A stretch of 43,683 nucleotides of DNA from a virus (lineage: Duplodnaviria > Caudoviricetes). Location: IMG/VR virus record IMGVR_UViG_3300029142_000007, positions 1 to 43,683 of that record; one strand, 5' to 3'. The first letter of the stretch is position 1. Every line of letters starts with the position of its first letter. Below, in pieces: positions 19,429-29,908 of the stretch. The notes under the pieces are model-generated. The model did no database searches and was not told where the DNA came from. It saw only the letters and a list, made by a program, of their open reading frames with translations. The translations under genes were made by a program, and so were the position numbers.

Positions 19429-20334
19429 ATGGGTAGCGGTGGCGCACCAAAAGACAATAGTGCAGAAGTTGCTCGAATTGAAGCAGAAGAAGCAAGACGT
19501 GCTCGAGAAGCTGAAGAAACTCGGCGTCGTGAAGAACGTGAACGCTTTGACACAAATGTATCTAGTGCATTTGATAATGCATTGTTAGCAGCGAATGACT
19601 TCTTTACAACTCAAGGACTTGATCCAAACGAGTTTTCGTCAGCAATTACAACTCGGGCAAATGCTATTCGTGGTGGTATTCCAGATCTTGATGCTTCTCC
19701 GGGTTCATACTTTGAAGGACTTGGCCAATCTGTTTACGATGCAGAAGAAGCAGCTTTGCGCAATCGTCTTGGACGCACAATTGATGAAATTGCTCCATAT
19801 GGTTTTGCTGCGAACCGGATCACTGACACAGCAGATGATGCAACACTGGCAGCAATTCTTGCAGAACAGCAAGCTGATGCTGAACAGTATGCACGTAATT
19901 TGCTTGAGCGTGGTGTGATTACTCAAACTGGTTTTGATGCTGCTCTAGAAGATGTAGCAGGTCAGCGAGCTGGTGCTCAGTTGCGCCTTGATGAGCTTGG
20001 AGCTGGTGAGCTTGAGCGTGGTCGTGCATCGTTGCGTGACATTGCTAACACTGGTCGTTCAACAGTTGATAACTTGCGTCTTGGCTCTACGTTTGATCCA
20101 TATCAGGTTGGCACAAACATTGACACTGAAGCAATCAACTTCTTTGATAACCTTGGTCAAACTCTACGTGGCTTGGCTCCAACAGATCTGTTCTCAACTT
20201 CAGGTTTGGCTAATGTTGCTGGTTCAGCTCAAGGTGCTCAGAACCTTCCATTTGATCCTAATGCTCTTGCAGGTCTTGCTCCAGATACCGAGGAAGATGA
20301 TGATGAAGCAGTAGGTGATAGCATCTCATTCTGA
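19429..20334 (+). CDS. Internal virion / ejection protein
   Basis: MGSGG start and Ala-rich helical composition, after the GNAT as in many podoviruses. Confidence 0.65.
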   Translation: MGSGGAPKDNSAEVARIEAEEARRAREAEETRRREERERFDTNVSSAFDNALLAANDFFTTQGLDPNEFSSAITTRANAIRGGIPDLDASPGSYFEGLGQSVYDAEEAALRNRLGRTIDEIAPYGFAANRITDTADDATLAAILAEQQADAEQYARNLLERGVITQTGFDAALEDVAGQRAGAQLRLDELGAGELERGRASLRDIANTGRSTVDNLRLGSTFDPYQVGTNIDTEAINFFDNLGQTLRGLAPTDLFSTSGLANVAGSAQGAQNLPFDPNALAGLAPDTEEDDDEAVGDSISF

Positions 20335-20351
20335 TACAGGAGTTGTAGCAG

Positions 20352-20699
20352 ATGCCTGATACTAGCCCTGCAAGAGCTGAAGCTGAAAGAAGGCTTATGG
20401 TTCAACTTGGTGAAGAACCTGAATGGGCACAAGATCTTCGAAAAGAGTTCAATAGTCGCTTAGAAAGAATGCCGGATAATCCATCACAAGAGCAGGTGAT
20501 TGAGGCTATTATGTTAGACATAATGGACAAAGATCATGATAGGATTGGTCATTTGATGGAACCTCAACACTTTGAGAATGGTGGAATTGCTGACGACTTT
20601 GATGCTCGGGAATTTATGCAAGGGGTTCCTGTAGAAGACTTGCTTCCTATTTATCAGCACCTACAAGAGATGTATCGTAATCCTAAGTTTCACTACTAA
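20352..20699 (+). CDS. Hypothetical protein
   Basis: 115 aa, AGGAG SD lying inside a palindrome copy. Confidence 0.7.
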   Translation: MPDTSPARAEAERRLMVQLGEEPEWAQDLRKEFNSRLERMPDNPSQEQVIEAIMLDIMDKDHDRIGHLMEPQHFENGGIADDFDAREFMQGVPVEDLLPIYQHLQEMYRNPKFHY

Positions 20700-20710
20700 A
20701 GGAAAATCAC

Positions 20711-21361
20711 ATGCCCGGCCATTATAAAAATGATGTAGCAGCTCAAGTGCTACAAACTATTGATAGCCCATCACCTCAATCTCTTCCTGCTAGACAACAG
20801 TTAGAGCAAGCTGTAGGTGCATCCCCTCAAGCATTGGATATTCAAAGAGCATTCCTTGAAATCATGGGTTTGCAAAATGATCCTCCTAATGTAAATACAG
20901 CCAATCGCCAAACTAGAGCAAGTTCTGAGCTTGTTGGTCGTAGAGCGCATGAAGAAGCTCAAAGAGAGTTTGGAGATGCTCATGGCGGAGACGCTTCTAT
21001 GCAGTTTCAAGCAGAGGATCCAATAGCTCAAATGGGAGATGCTTACTTCGAACTTCCATATCGTAAAGCAAAAGCTGCTGGTGGCTTTCTTGGGCCAGAG
21101 TTGGTCATGAACCCTGATGGAACAGGACGTTATGTTCCCGGTGATGAAAGTCAACGTGGTGTTGTAGAGGACTCAGTGGATCCTCGGCATGGAGAAGATG
21201 AGCTTGAGCATCTTTGGAACAATCTTAATGTTGAAAAACGGAAAGAGTTGTTTGCTCTTATGAATGAAGCGTTTATGTCTCGTCCAGTAGATATTGCAGA
21301 TGAGTTTGTAAACGACGAAATCACTGATTTTGAGAACCGTGAAAACTTTAGGGATCAGTAA
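20711..21361 (+). CDS. Hypothetical acidic protein (ejection module?)
   Basis: 216 aa, AAGGA SD, coupled to the next gene. Confidence 0.7.
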   Translation: MPGHYKNDVAAQVLQTIDSPSPQSLPARQQLEQAVGASPQALDIQRAFLEIMGLQNDPPNVNTANRQTRASSELVGRRAHEEAQREFGDAHGGDASMQFQAEDPIAQMGDAYFELPYRKAKAAGGFLGPELVMNPDGTGRYVPGDESQRGVVEDSVDPRHGEDELEHLWNNLNVEKRKELFALMNEAFMSRPVDIADEFVNDEITDFENRENFRDQ

Positions 21362-22308
21362 TGGTTGCTTTTCTAGGTCCATTGTTAAGTGCTGGTGTAA
21401 GTGGAGCAGGTATTCTTGCTCAACTTGGTGCACAACGCGACCAGCGCAATTTGGGCTATCTGCAACTTTATGAAACTCGTAGAGCTAATCGTGAACGGGA
21501 ACGGTTGGCAAAAGCTACACGATCAGATGCTCTAGGAAATGAAGTTCGGTTCACTCCGGGTCTAGGTTTCCAGACAATTACAACTCCAATGACTGCCCAA
21601 ATTCTCAATGCAATGCAACGAGAAGAACGGGCACAGCTCACAGAAGATGCACCACGTATGCGGGAAGCCGCTGAAAGACGTGATGTAAGAAGTCGTGCAG
21701 CTGATGATGAATTTGGAGAACTGTTCAAAGAGTTTCGTAATCGCAGTCGGCCTAATCGTGAGGTGTTGGAGGCAGATGCTCGCCGACGCATTCTATCTAG
21801 TCGTGACAGAGGCAGGAGGGAAGCCGAAGATGTTCTCGCTAGACAGGCTCTTAGAATGGGCAATTCCGGTTCTTTGGGTCGGATTGCTGCTGCTACCGCT
21901 GGCAATAATATCGAGTCGCTCGACGAGGCACTTGGCCGTGCCGTGGCGGAAGGACGAGAAGCCTTTGGTCAAGAATTGGCCTTGGATCAACAAGAGTACG
22001 GTAATCTATTGCAGCTACTTGCTGGTCTGGCTGATGGCACTACTACATCTCCTGTAGCAAGTCCAACTTATAACCAAGAGTTGTCAGGTCGCCAAGATAA
22101 TGCTTTGAGTACATTGCTTCAGACACTTGGTCAAAACACACAGGCAATGCAAAGTGCTTACGGTCCTCTTATGCGAGCTGCTGGACAGTCCCCCAACTTT
22201 GGTCCTCTTGCTTCTGCTCTTGGCAGGCTTAATTTCGGAGGTGGAGGTGGAAGTCGTCCTACTCAAAAATTCTCCACAGTCGACATTGGTCGAAGGAATG
22301 AGTTCTAA
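21361..22308 (+). CDS. Internal virion / ejection protein
   Basis: Gly/Ala hydrophobic N-terminus (MVAFLGPLLSAGVSGAG) and helical Arg/Gln-rich body. Confidence 0.68.
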   Translation: MVAFLGPLLSAGVSGAGILAQLGAQRDQRNLGYLQLYETRRANRERERLAKATRSDALGNEVRFTPGLGFQTITTPMTAQILNAMQREERAQLTEDAPRMREAAERRDVRSRAADDEFGELFKEFRNRSRPNREVLEADARRRILSSRDRGRREAEDVLARQALRMGNSGSLGRIAAATAGNNIESLDEALGRAVAEGREAFGQELALDQQEYGNLLQLLAGLADGTTTSPVASPTYNQELSGRQDNALSTLLQTLGQNTQAMQSAYGPLMRAAGQSPNFGPLASALGRLNFGGGGGSRPTQKFSTVDIGRRNEF

Positions 22309-25300
22309 TGGCTGATCCGAATACACAGAGCCCGTTTCCGGAGCTGGATGACTTTGAGCGCCAGCTTCGGGAACTAGAAGAATTTGCTCAAGAAGAAGTA
22401 ACGTTGCCTACGGATGAAGTATACCGTGGCACGTTATTGCCGTTTGAGAAGAATATGACTACAGGTGATGTAGGCCTTGCAATTCCCGGAGCAATTCAGG
22501 GAATGCTTGATGCTGCGTCACTTCCGGGTCGAGTAGTTAGTGGTGAACTACCACTTGATCCTACTAATCCTCTGGCTACTCCGGATATCATTCCTGAAGT
22601 AACTAATCTCGGCTTGGAAATGGTGGGCATAGGTTGGGCTCCTAAAATGTCCACTCGTACAGTTAATGCTATGAAGCTGAAGAAGCAGCCTCCAGCACCT
22701 GTAGTAAGACCTGTCAAAGACATTAACAGCAATGCTCCACAGGATCTTGAAACACTTGAAACTGCGAGTGATCTGTATAAAGCTTATGTAGTAGATGAGA
22801 AGTCTACCCTTTCTGGAATTGCAGAACGGGCTGGTGTGCCTGCTCAAGATGATCTCCAGAAGTTGATTGATTTGGATACACAAGCGTCGGCTATGATGCG
22901 GGTTGGCGAGGCTTCCCGTTCCGGCCGACTTAAGACATTTGCTGGTGAGTTCAATTCTCCGATTGCACCTGATACGCTGCGTCGGGAATACTTGAGCTTG
23001 CCTGAAGCTAGCCAACAGGCTATCGATGAATACCTAAAACTTGGTGACTTTATTGATGATATGAACTTGCGCATTCGTCAGAATATTAAACCTGATGAAA
23101 CGCAAAGAGCTTTGGCTACAGCTCGGCAGCGTCGGGCTGATCTTGAACAGATTGAACCTCTAACTATTCAGTTTGCTGATCAGTATCGTCAAGTTACAAG
23201 TGCTGTAAGAGATTTTATGGCTTCAGGCAATAATGCAATGCTGTCAGAAAAGCAGTTGCAAGCTCTGAACATGGATCGCCAGAACTACGTTCCGATTGAT
23301 ATTTTTGGCATTGATCGTAGTCAACCTCTTCTATCTCGTATGGCAGAAGCTTTCCAGCCTCAGAGGCAACGCTCTCTTGATGATTGGTTTTTGCAATCTC
23401 GGGATATTGAAAGCATTGAGAATATTGGAGACAGAACTAATGCAATTGATGCATTGGTCGATTACACACGTTCAGCGCTTCGTTATAAAATGGAGAATGA
23501 TGTTCGCGGGTCATATATTGATGCAATCCAAAACTCTCGGTATGGTCGGAATACAATCATTCAAATGGATGCCGATGAGGTAGCAGATACTACAGGTCGT
23601 GTAGTTGAAGTCTATAAGAACGGAGAGAGGACCAAATACGTTTCATCAAAACTCCAAGCTGAGTTGCTCAAATTTGATCCGTACCTCGCACAGTATCCGG
23701 CAGTGTTCGGACTGAAGCGGCTCTTTGAGCATGGAACTACCGGCGTACTCTCGTTGACTTTTGCCCCTACAACAATGATACGAGATGCTATTGCTGGTAT
23801 GGTCTTCTCTCCACCCGGTACAAAAGGGCCGGGCTTGGAAACTGTTACAGCTCCTTTTAGACAGCTTGCAGCTAAGACACAGATTGCAACCGCGCAACTT
23901 CTGCAAAACGAGTTTAGGCATATTCCTTTCTTGGATAATACTACTCGTCAATCTTGGGCACGTAATCTATCAGATCGATATGCTCGCGGCTTTTATCATA
24001 CAGCAAACGAAGCAGGTGGCTTTGATGCGTCCTTGATGAAGACGAATATTCGATCTGGTCGTGGAGTGCTCAGAGAGGTAGCTCAATCATGGGATGATCT
24101 TGCAACTCGCCATCCAATGTTGGCGGCTACTGTGCGAACTCCAGCAGCTTTTCTACAAGGTTTTGCTCGGATGTACGACGCTATCCAAGAAGCACCTCGT
24201 TTCGCTACTTTCATTAATAATGTTAAAGCTGGTGCTGATCCTGCAGATGCTGTTCGACTGGCTAAAAATCTTACAGGAGATACTACCCGGTCTGGACGCG
24301 TATCAAACCCTGCTGGACAACGCATTACAGCAGATGTAGCAAGTCGTGGACAGCGTGGTTCTGACTTGGCAGAGATTGCAGCTGGACCTATTGGCCGTGC
24401 TGTAGAATTTGGAAGGGAGACAATTCCATATGTGAACCCAACGGTTCAAGGAATGAGACGTCTGGCCACTCGGTTTGCAGAAGATCCTGTAGGAGTGTCT
24501 TCTCGTGCATGGATGTATGTAGGTATGCCTACAATGCTTGCCGAAGGCTGGAACAACATGCTTGGCCCGGAATACACTCACTATGCACATGAGCAACGAA
24601 CCGAACGTGACCAGACGATGAACATGTACATAGGTGTTCCGGGTCAGGACCCTAGATTTGGGATTGAAGTGCCTCTGCCGCATGAGCTTGTTATGTGGCA
24701 TGCACCTTTCAGTCGTCTTGTAGGAGAAATGTCTCGATCTGCTGAACCTGTCCGAGATGCTATTATGGCTAGTGGCCGCAACATCTTTGAGAATGTAGGA
24801 ATGCTTGGCTATCCTGTATTTGGAACACAGATGTTTGCTGCTACAGGTAATACAGCTCCTGACAGTGTTATGAACCCATTTCAAGAAGTATTTGAGCGTA
24901 GAGAAGATTACTCTTCATTCCTCCCTGAGAATGTTGAGCTTATGCTACGTTCTGCATTTGGTGGGATCACTAACACAAATGTGATGGTTCTTGGATCGCT
25001 CTTTGAAGGTGGACCGTCTGCGATGCTTGAAGAGTTTGGGCATCAAATGGCTGCAAGAACTCCGATAGTTAAGAACGTGTTGGGCAAGAAAACTCGCTCA
25101 ACGGCGTTTACTCCTGTATGGACTGAGCGCAATAAGAAGATGGAAGCTTATGATCAGTTCAGAGAAATCTGGGATGCTCATTACAATCCTGATCGTGTAG
25201 GTAATCGTTTGCGCAGTCGTAAAATGCCTTCTATGAAAGACATTATGGATCCTACAAGTATTGTAGCAGCAGCACCTAACCCAATTGCACCACCAAAAAA

Positions 25301-25793
25301 CCCACTGTATCCAACAGTAGGCCAAATCATTGTTGATCGTATTGGTCGGAATGATGATGGTATGACAGGGTTGGCTGCTCAATACTCTGTCCTGTCTCGT
25401 CAGCTTAAACTACTAAAACGGTATAGTGCAGGAAACAAGGAAGCGTTCCGTGAGTACCAAAAGTGGTTCAATAATATTGACGAAAGAGAAGAACAAGCTC
25501 TGGCAAACTTGGGTGAAGAGCCATCCAAGAAAGCGGTACAGAAAGTACGCCGAGCGTATAAAGAAGAACGGATGATCAAGGATATCTACGATGAGCTTGA
25601 AGTTGATTTAGGTGATCGTGATAGTGTTATTCGTTTGATTGACTACTTTGAAGGTGAGAGGAATAAAACACTTCAAGCCCAAGTAGATCTCATGGAAAAG
25701 GTGGAGCTGGATATAACCAAGATGCTCCACCAACAAGGTATGCTTCCACCTAATGAGACTTTTTCAATTGAGCGTCATCTGAAGCCCTATTGA
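22308..25793 (+). CDS. Large internal virion / DNA-ejection protein
   Basis: 1161 aa helical protein, last gene of the structural operon, in the usual position of the largest ejection protein. Confidence 0.72.
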   Translation: MADPNTQSPFPELDDFERQLRELEEFAQEEVTLPTDEVYRGTLLPFEKNMTTGDVGLAIPGAIQGMLDAASLPGRVVSGELPLDPTNPLATPDIIPEVTNLGLEMVGIGWAPKMSTRTVNAMKLKKQPPAPVVRPVKDINSNAPQDLETLETASDLYKAYVVDEKSTLSGIAERAGVPAQDDLQKLIDLDTQASAMMRVGEASRSGRLKTFAGEFNSPIAPDTLRREYLSLPEASQQAIDEYLKLGDFIDDMNLRIRQNIKPDETQRALATARQRRADLEQIEPLTIQFADQYRQVTSAVRDFMASGNNAMLSEKQLQALNMDRQNYVPIDIFGIDRSQPLLSRMAEAFQPQRQRSLDDWFLQSRDIESIENIGDRTNAIDALVDYTRSALRYKMENDVRGSYIDAIQNSRYGRNTIIQMDADEVADTTGRVVEVYKNGERTKYVSSKLQAELLKFDPYLAQYPAVFGLKRLFEHGTTGVLSLTFAPTTMIRDAIAGMVFSPPGTKGPGLETVTAPFRQLAAKTQIATAQLLQNEFRHIPFLDNTTRQSWARNLSDRYARGFYHTANEAGGFDASLMKTNIRSGRGVLREVAQSWDDLATRHPMLAATVRTPAAFLQGFARMYDAIQEAPRFATFINNVKAGADPADAVRLAKNLTGDTTRSGRVSNPAGQRITADVASRGQRGSDLAEIAAGPIGRAVEFGRETIPYVNPTVQGMRRLATRFAEDPVGVSSRAWMYVGMPTMLAEGWNNMLGPEYTHYAHEQRTERDQTMNMYIGVPGQDPRFGIEVPLPHELVMWHAPFSRLVGEMSRSAEPVRDAIMASGRNIFENVGMLGYPVFGTQMFAATGNTAPDSVMNPFQEVFERREDYSSFLPENVELMLRSAFGGITNTNVMVLGSLFEGGPSAMLEEFGHQMAARTPIVKNVLGKKTRSTAFTPVWTERNKKMEAYDQFREIWDAHYNPDRVGNRLRSRKMPSMKDIMDPTSIVAAAPNPIAPPKNPLYPTVGQIIVDRIGRNDDGMTGLAAQYSVLSRQLKLLKRYSAGNKEAFREYQKWFNNIDEREEQALANLGEEPSKKAVQKVRRAYKEERMIKDIYDELEVDLGDRDSVIRLIDYFEGERNKTLQAQVDLMEKVELDITKMLHQQGMLPPNETFSIERHLKPY

Positions 25794-25798
25794 TTATC

Positions 25799-26335
25799 TC
25801 ATTTTCCTCGTCTAGAAGCGGGACGTTTCCGCTTAGCACTGTCTTTGGATATTCGTCGCGGAGTAGGCTCGTCGCTCTCCACGTGATCGCTGGCCTCCGC
25901 GACGTCTTGATTGAGAACTTCTGTACCCACTTCTTCTCCAGCCACTCCTCCAGTATCTCCAGTATCTGATCCCTCGTCCAGATCTTTGTTCGAGTTTTCT
26001 GGATTAGCATGTTCTGCGTCATCCCCGTCATTCCTTGCGAGATCAGATGCTGTCTCAGTTTCGCGTGGAACTTCTGCGTTGCTATCGGACCGTGGGCCAA
26101 CTTCCATTCCTTTCTTTGTTTCGATGTATTCCAAAATTGTTGATGGGTAAGTGTTGATGAATTGTAGGATGAGTTCTGATGCTTGTCGTCTAGCGGCATC
26201 ACTCTCTACAACTCCTGTAGCAAACATTTGTAGAGACTCATGTAACTCAGCTGATGCTTCAGCAAACTCAGCTTGTTCTCTTGTGTCAAAAAAGACACCC
26301 TGAGCTGTTATGTATCCTGAGGCTTCTTGTACCAT
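25799..26335 (-). CDS. Hypothetical protein
   Basis: 178 aa. GYITAQGVFFDTREQAE N-terminal motif, acidic linker, basic tail. Confidence 0.7.
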   Translation of the reverse strand: MVQEASGYITAQGVFFDTREQAEFAEASAELHESLQMFATGVVESDAARRQASELILQFINTYPSTILEYIETKKGMEVGPRSDSNAEVPRETETASDLARNDGDDAEHANPENSNKDLDEGSDTGDTGGVAGEEVGTEVLNQDVAEASDHVESDEPTPRRISKDSAKRKRPASRRGK

Positions 26336-26532
26336 TAAATTAATCCCTCTCTAAATGCCCACTCTTCAGGCAGTTCTAGTTCCTGCTCAAGTCCTTCAGT
26401 GTGTAATTGTCCTACACTCTTTGGGACCCATTTACGTTCTTTGGGTTTATCTTCTGGAGCAACGAGCCAAGCCTTTTCTGTCTCGTGCATTACATCAACT
26501 TTAATTGTTATCAGATTGTGGTTCTTCTTCAT
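26335..26532 (-). CDS. Hypothetical phage protein
   Basis: HETEKAWLV...WVPKS...LPEEWA.EGLI pattern seen in small phage proteins. Confidence 0.65.
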   Translation of the reverse strand: MKKNHNLITIKVDVMHETEKAWLVAPEDKPKERKWVPKSVGQLHTEGLEQELELPEEWAFREGLI

Positions 26533-26734
26533 AGTGCTTCCTATTCAAGTCTTCACATAGTTGGATTGCGTCAGGGAGTAAGCGATGACTACCGTGTGTA
26601 TTAAGTGTCATATCCCATACTTCATATGTAATAATTTTTGCCTCTTCTTCTGTGCAAGGTCCTTGTCCTGATGCATCAAGTGGCATTGGTATTACATAAT
26701 AGTATCGCTTTCTTACATCACTCGGGACTTTCAT
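26501..26734 (-). CDS. Hypothetical protein
   Basis: 77 aa, overlapping operon arrangement, GGAG SD. Confidence 0.55.
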   Translation of the reverse strand: MKVPSDVRKRYYYVIPMPLDASGQGPCTEEEAKIITYEVWDMTLNTHGSHRLLPDAIQLCEDLNRKHYEEEPQSDNN

Positions 26735-26972
26735 TATGTGTCTCCGGTTTTGGATACTGCTTCATAAGTAAGTTTATATCAGAAGCTTGTTCTGTAACAT
26801 CTACAGGATCTGTAGCAGAGCCAAGATAGTGACTTTGTGAAAAGAGTGCTCCATCTCTAATATCTGGCCGCTCTCCATACTTCAGTGCAGGGCCCCAACC
26901 TACACCAAAGTTTTGCCAAAAGAACCATTTCTTTGTCATGCAGCAATCTCCACATCTTGCAAAGTTGACCAA
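26718..26972 (-). CDS. Hypothetical protein (true start probably MTKKWFF at ~26939)
   Basis: Coupled to the polymerase stop. Confidence 0.55.
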   Translation of the reverse strand: MVNFARCGDCCMTKKWFFWQNFGVGWGPALKYGERPDIRDGALFSQSHYLGSATDPVDVTEQASDINLLMKQYPKPETHNESPE

Positions 26973-29440
26973 CGGTGGATACCGCGGTGATCTGGCTGAG
27001 AGATTTTACAATCAGCCGGGATGATTAAAGGACTGCGACCGCGCTTATAGATGTCTTCAATGATGATTGGTTCCTCTGCATACTTCTTGGCAATGCGTAG
27101 TGCGGTTTTAGTATAACCGGGTTTAGCAACACCAATCAAAGCATCATGAACATTGAGCTTAATTCGCATCTTGTTCATATCCCATTCATCATCTTCTTGG
27201 GCTTGGTACATTACTTTCTTGATTTTATCGCCGATGGTAGATTGCGGTACAAGGGCAATAGCACTTTCAAGAGCCTTTGCATCAATTTGTTGGAGGAATT
27301 TATACCGCCGTCCCATTGGAGTCCACAGTTCACGTTCCAGTTTTGCACGACGCTCAACTTCACGCCACCAAGCTTGAACCTCAGGTGAGGCTTGATGGTA
27401 GAGGTTATAGGAGCGTTTGGCATCGAGGAGTGACATACCAGTTGTTTCTGCGAGCCGGGCATACTGCATACGATAGTTAAGGCCATGTCGGCATCGTTTG
27501 GATTTGTACCTGAGAGTGAACGTTGCGGTCGCAGCGTTGAAATCAGGATGGCTAGGTTTTCTTCCTTGGTCATCTACTACATCCGCTGTAGGAACTTCAT
27601 CATATGGGATATTCCACATATCCGCTGCTAGAGATCGGTGGCAATCAAAGTTACCTCCGAGACGTGCCTTTTCAAAGTCCTCTTTCCATTTCGGAATATC
27701 AGCAATCCAAGCAACGACGCGAGCTTCTGCCTGAGCGAGATCGAAGTAAAAGAGTTCACAATTTCCATCCTGTAGCTCTGGGTCATAGTCAGCACATATA
27801 AACTCATACGCTCGTTGGGGGAAATTTTGGGCGTTACCAGCTGTTCCCCACAGATTTTTAGCTGAAGACAAACGGCCCGGAGCTTTTGATACTCCCTGTT
27901 GTTTGAACGTTGGTCGGAAACGGTTATCTGGGTCGAGTTCCATCTCTGCGTACGTCCCGCAGAATTTAGCATCCTTCTTGTATCGGTTATACATAATGAT
28001 GAACTCTCGACATTCATGTGAGGTCCGAGTGTCGTCCAATATCTTTTGCCGAGATTTTTCATCTGTACTGTCCACCAATGTTCTAACTTTGTAATGCTTG
28101 AACAGGCAAATCTTGAGCTGGTCAGGTGAATTGAAGTTCATTGTATAATGAGGCATATTCAACGACTTGCGAAGGTGTGCTGTCATAGCATCTTTTTGCT
28201 TTTCAAGGTCATCGATCAACTCACTTGCTACTTGGTTCTTAACTACAGGATCTGTAGCAATCCCTTCAGTAGTGATCCGTACAAGATGAGGCTCAAGGCG
28301 CATGACGTGATTGAAATAAAAATCAGCCAGCCCTTGTGCTTCAAGCTCTCTACGAATTTTTTCGTAACAAGCATAGGTGAGAGCAGCATCTTTACAGTTG
28401 TACTCCCAGAAAGTATCGATGCTTCCTCCCTCTTTGTATTCATTGATCTCATCTTTGTAATATGGGTGAGTTGTATACTGTGATACCAGAAAGTCGAGGC
28501 CGTGAGGCAAAGTAGGGTACAGAGTATGATGGGCCAGCAGAGTATCAAACCAAATAGGAATGCGAGTCCAGTCTTTATATCCGGTCCAATGTGAGTCAAA
28601 GTTTCCGTTTTGGGCGATGATGGGTTTTTTATCACCCATCTCTTGCATTTTGAGCCAGATTGCATACTCTTCCTCCACAGTATATCGATTATGAGAGCGG
28701 TCACGAAGATTGATACACATAGCAAGATGAGGATCATTTGATAGACCGTGACACGCTGTTTGTCTGTTTGTTGACTCGATGTCCCAAGAAACAGGCTTAT
28801 CAGAAGCAAGAAGGGCATTCATAAAATCCATTGCTTCTTTGTAAGATGGGTTGATGAGCGCTTCTACGTGATGCTCTTTGAATGTACCTGCTACAACATC
28901 TGTAAAGCGTCGCAGATCCATCTGCATGATGATCTCTGTCTTAGGCTCACGCATAACATATGCAGGATTGTAAGAAATGAGAACATTCTTATCTCTCCAC
29001 TTCTTAACTGATCCACGTTGGTTTGTAACACCGGTGACATGGAACAGAGCTTGCAAAGCCATATCACCTAGAACCAAAATGTGCTCAAGATTTGGAAGAT
29101 GCTCCAGTTCCCACTCAAGGATGGTGCACCACTTGTCAAACTCATCCTTCTGGACAGGATACTTGGTGTACTTAGTCGATGCAGCCTGACGCTTTACAAC
29201 ATTTGTAGCATATACTGCTGGACGCAGAATTTGATGCTGGCGTAAAGACTTCCAGAGTACTTGTCCAGAGGCTCCAATAAATGGAGTACCTTTGCGCACC
29301 TCATCTTTGCCGGGAGCTTCGCCAATTATTGCAATCTTAGCATTCGTATTACCAGTACAGCCACACTGAAAAGCCAGATCCATGTTACGAGTTCTATAAC
29401 GAAGCTCATCGTTCATCTCTTTGATGTTAGTCGGTATCAT
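26936..29440 (-). CDS. Family A DNA polymerase with N-terminal uracil-DNA-glycosylase-like domain and 3'-5' exonuclease
   Basis: UDG motifs GEAPG, PFIGASG and TNVVK. Exonuclease motifs WDIES, QNGNFD and YNCKDA. Polymerase motifs A DLAQAEAR, B RYKSKRCRHGLNY and C VHDA. Confidence 0.93.
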   Translation of the reverse strand: MIPTNIKEMNDELRYRTRNMDLAFQCGCTGNTNAKIAIIGEAPGKDEVRKGTPFIGASGQVLWKSLRQHQILRPAVYATNVVKRQAASTKYTKYPVQKDEFDKWCTILEWELEHLPNLEHILVLGDMALQALFHVTGVTNQRGSVKKWRDKNVLISYNPAYVMREPKTEIIMQMDLRRFTDVVAGTFKEHHVEALINPSYKEAMDFMNALLASDKPVSWDIESTNRQTACHGLSNDPHLAMCINLRDRSHNRYTVEEEYAIWLKMQEMGDKKPIIAQNGNFDSHWTGYKDWTRIPIWFDTLLAHHTLYPTLPHGLDFLVSQYTTHPYYKDEINEYKEGGSIDTFWEYNCKDAALTYACYEKIRRELEAQGLADFYFNHVMRLEPHLVRITTEGIATDPVVKNQVASELIDDLEKQKDAMTAHLRKSLNMPHYTMNFNSPDQLKICLFKHYKVRTLVDSTDEKSRQKILDDTRTSHECREFIIMYNRYKKDAKFCGTYAEMELDPDNRFRPTFKQQGVSKAPGRLSSAKNLWGTAGNAQNFPQRAYEFICADYDPELQDGNCELFYFDLAQAEARVVAWIADIPKWKEDFEKARLGGNFDCHRSLAADMWNIPYDEVPTADVVDDQGRKPSHPDFNAATATFTLRYKSKRCRHGLNYRMQYARLAETTGMSLLDAKRSYNLYHQASPEVQAWWREVERRAKLERELWTPMGRRYKFLQQIDAKALESAIALVPQSTIGDKIKKVMYQAQEDDEWDMNKMRIKLNVHDALIGVAKPGYTKTALRIAKKYAEEPIIIEDIYKRGRSPLIIPADCKISQPDHRGIHRWSTLQDVEIAA

Positions 29441-29642
29441 TATTCATCACCTCAATCTGTGCTACAACACTTGGAGGAACAGCTTTGCTTGTACCCTTGT
29501 ACATAAAACCTGTGCCGTCACACCAATCACATATACCCATTGAATGGAAGTAACCACCTCCGCAGCCGTGACAGTACATTTGTTTATACTCACCTTTGCC
29601 TTTGCAAACGCCGCACTCTCTAACATTCTCTGGAAGCTTCAT
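29427..29642 (-). CDS. DnaJ-type zinc-finger small protein
   Basis: CGVCKGKG...CHGCGGG...CDWCDGTG repeats. Confidence 0.65.
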   Translation of the reverse strand: MKLPENVRECGVCKGKGEYKQMYCHGCGGGYFHSMGICDWCDGTGFMYKGTSKAVPPSVVAQIEVMNNDTD

Positions 29643-29848
29643 CTGCCATACTCACTTTTGAAATGATGTGCTTGACCACAAACGGTACAACGCCAGCCAA
29701 TCCATGTAGGATGTTTAGGATCATACTCTGTAATGAGTTCCATTTTTTCAGCGTTTCCATTGCCACAAGCCATACAAGGGTCAAGGTTTACTTTGTACCA
29801 AACCTTGAAAGGTTCTTGGTTTTTGTTTGGTAGGGTCAACAGTGGCAT
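29639..29848 (-). CDS. Zinc-ribbon small protein
   Basis: CMAC...CTVC. Confidence 0.55.
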   Translation of the reverse strand: MPLLTLPNKNQEPFKVWYKVNLDPCMACGNGNAEKMELITEYDPKHPTWIGWRCTVCGQAHHFKSEYGR

Positions 29849-29908
29849 ACCTCCCGTAGTACAAGTTGATTAAGATTAAGAGGAACAGGCTTTCCACACT
29901 TGTGACAC

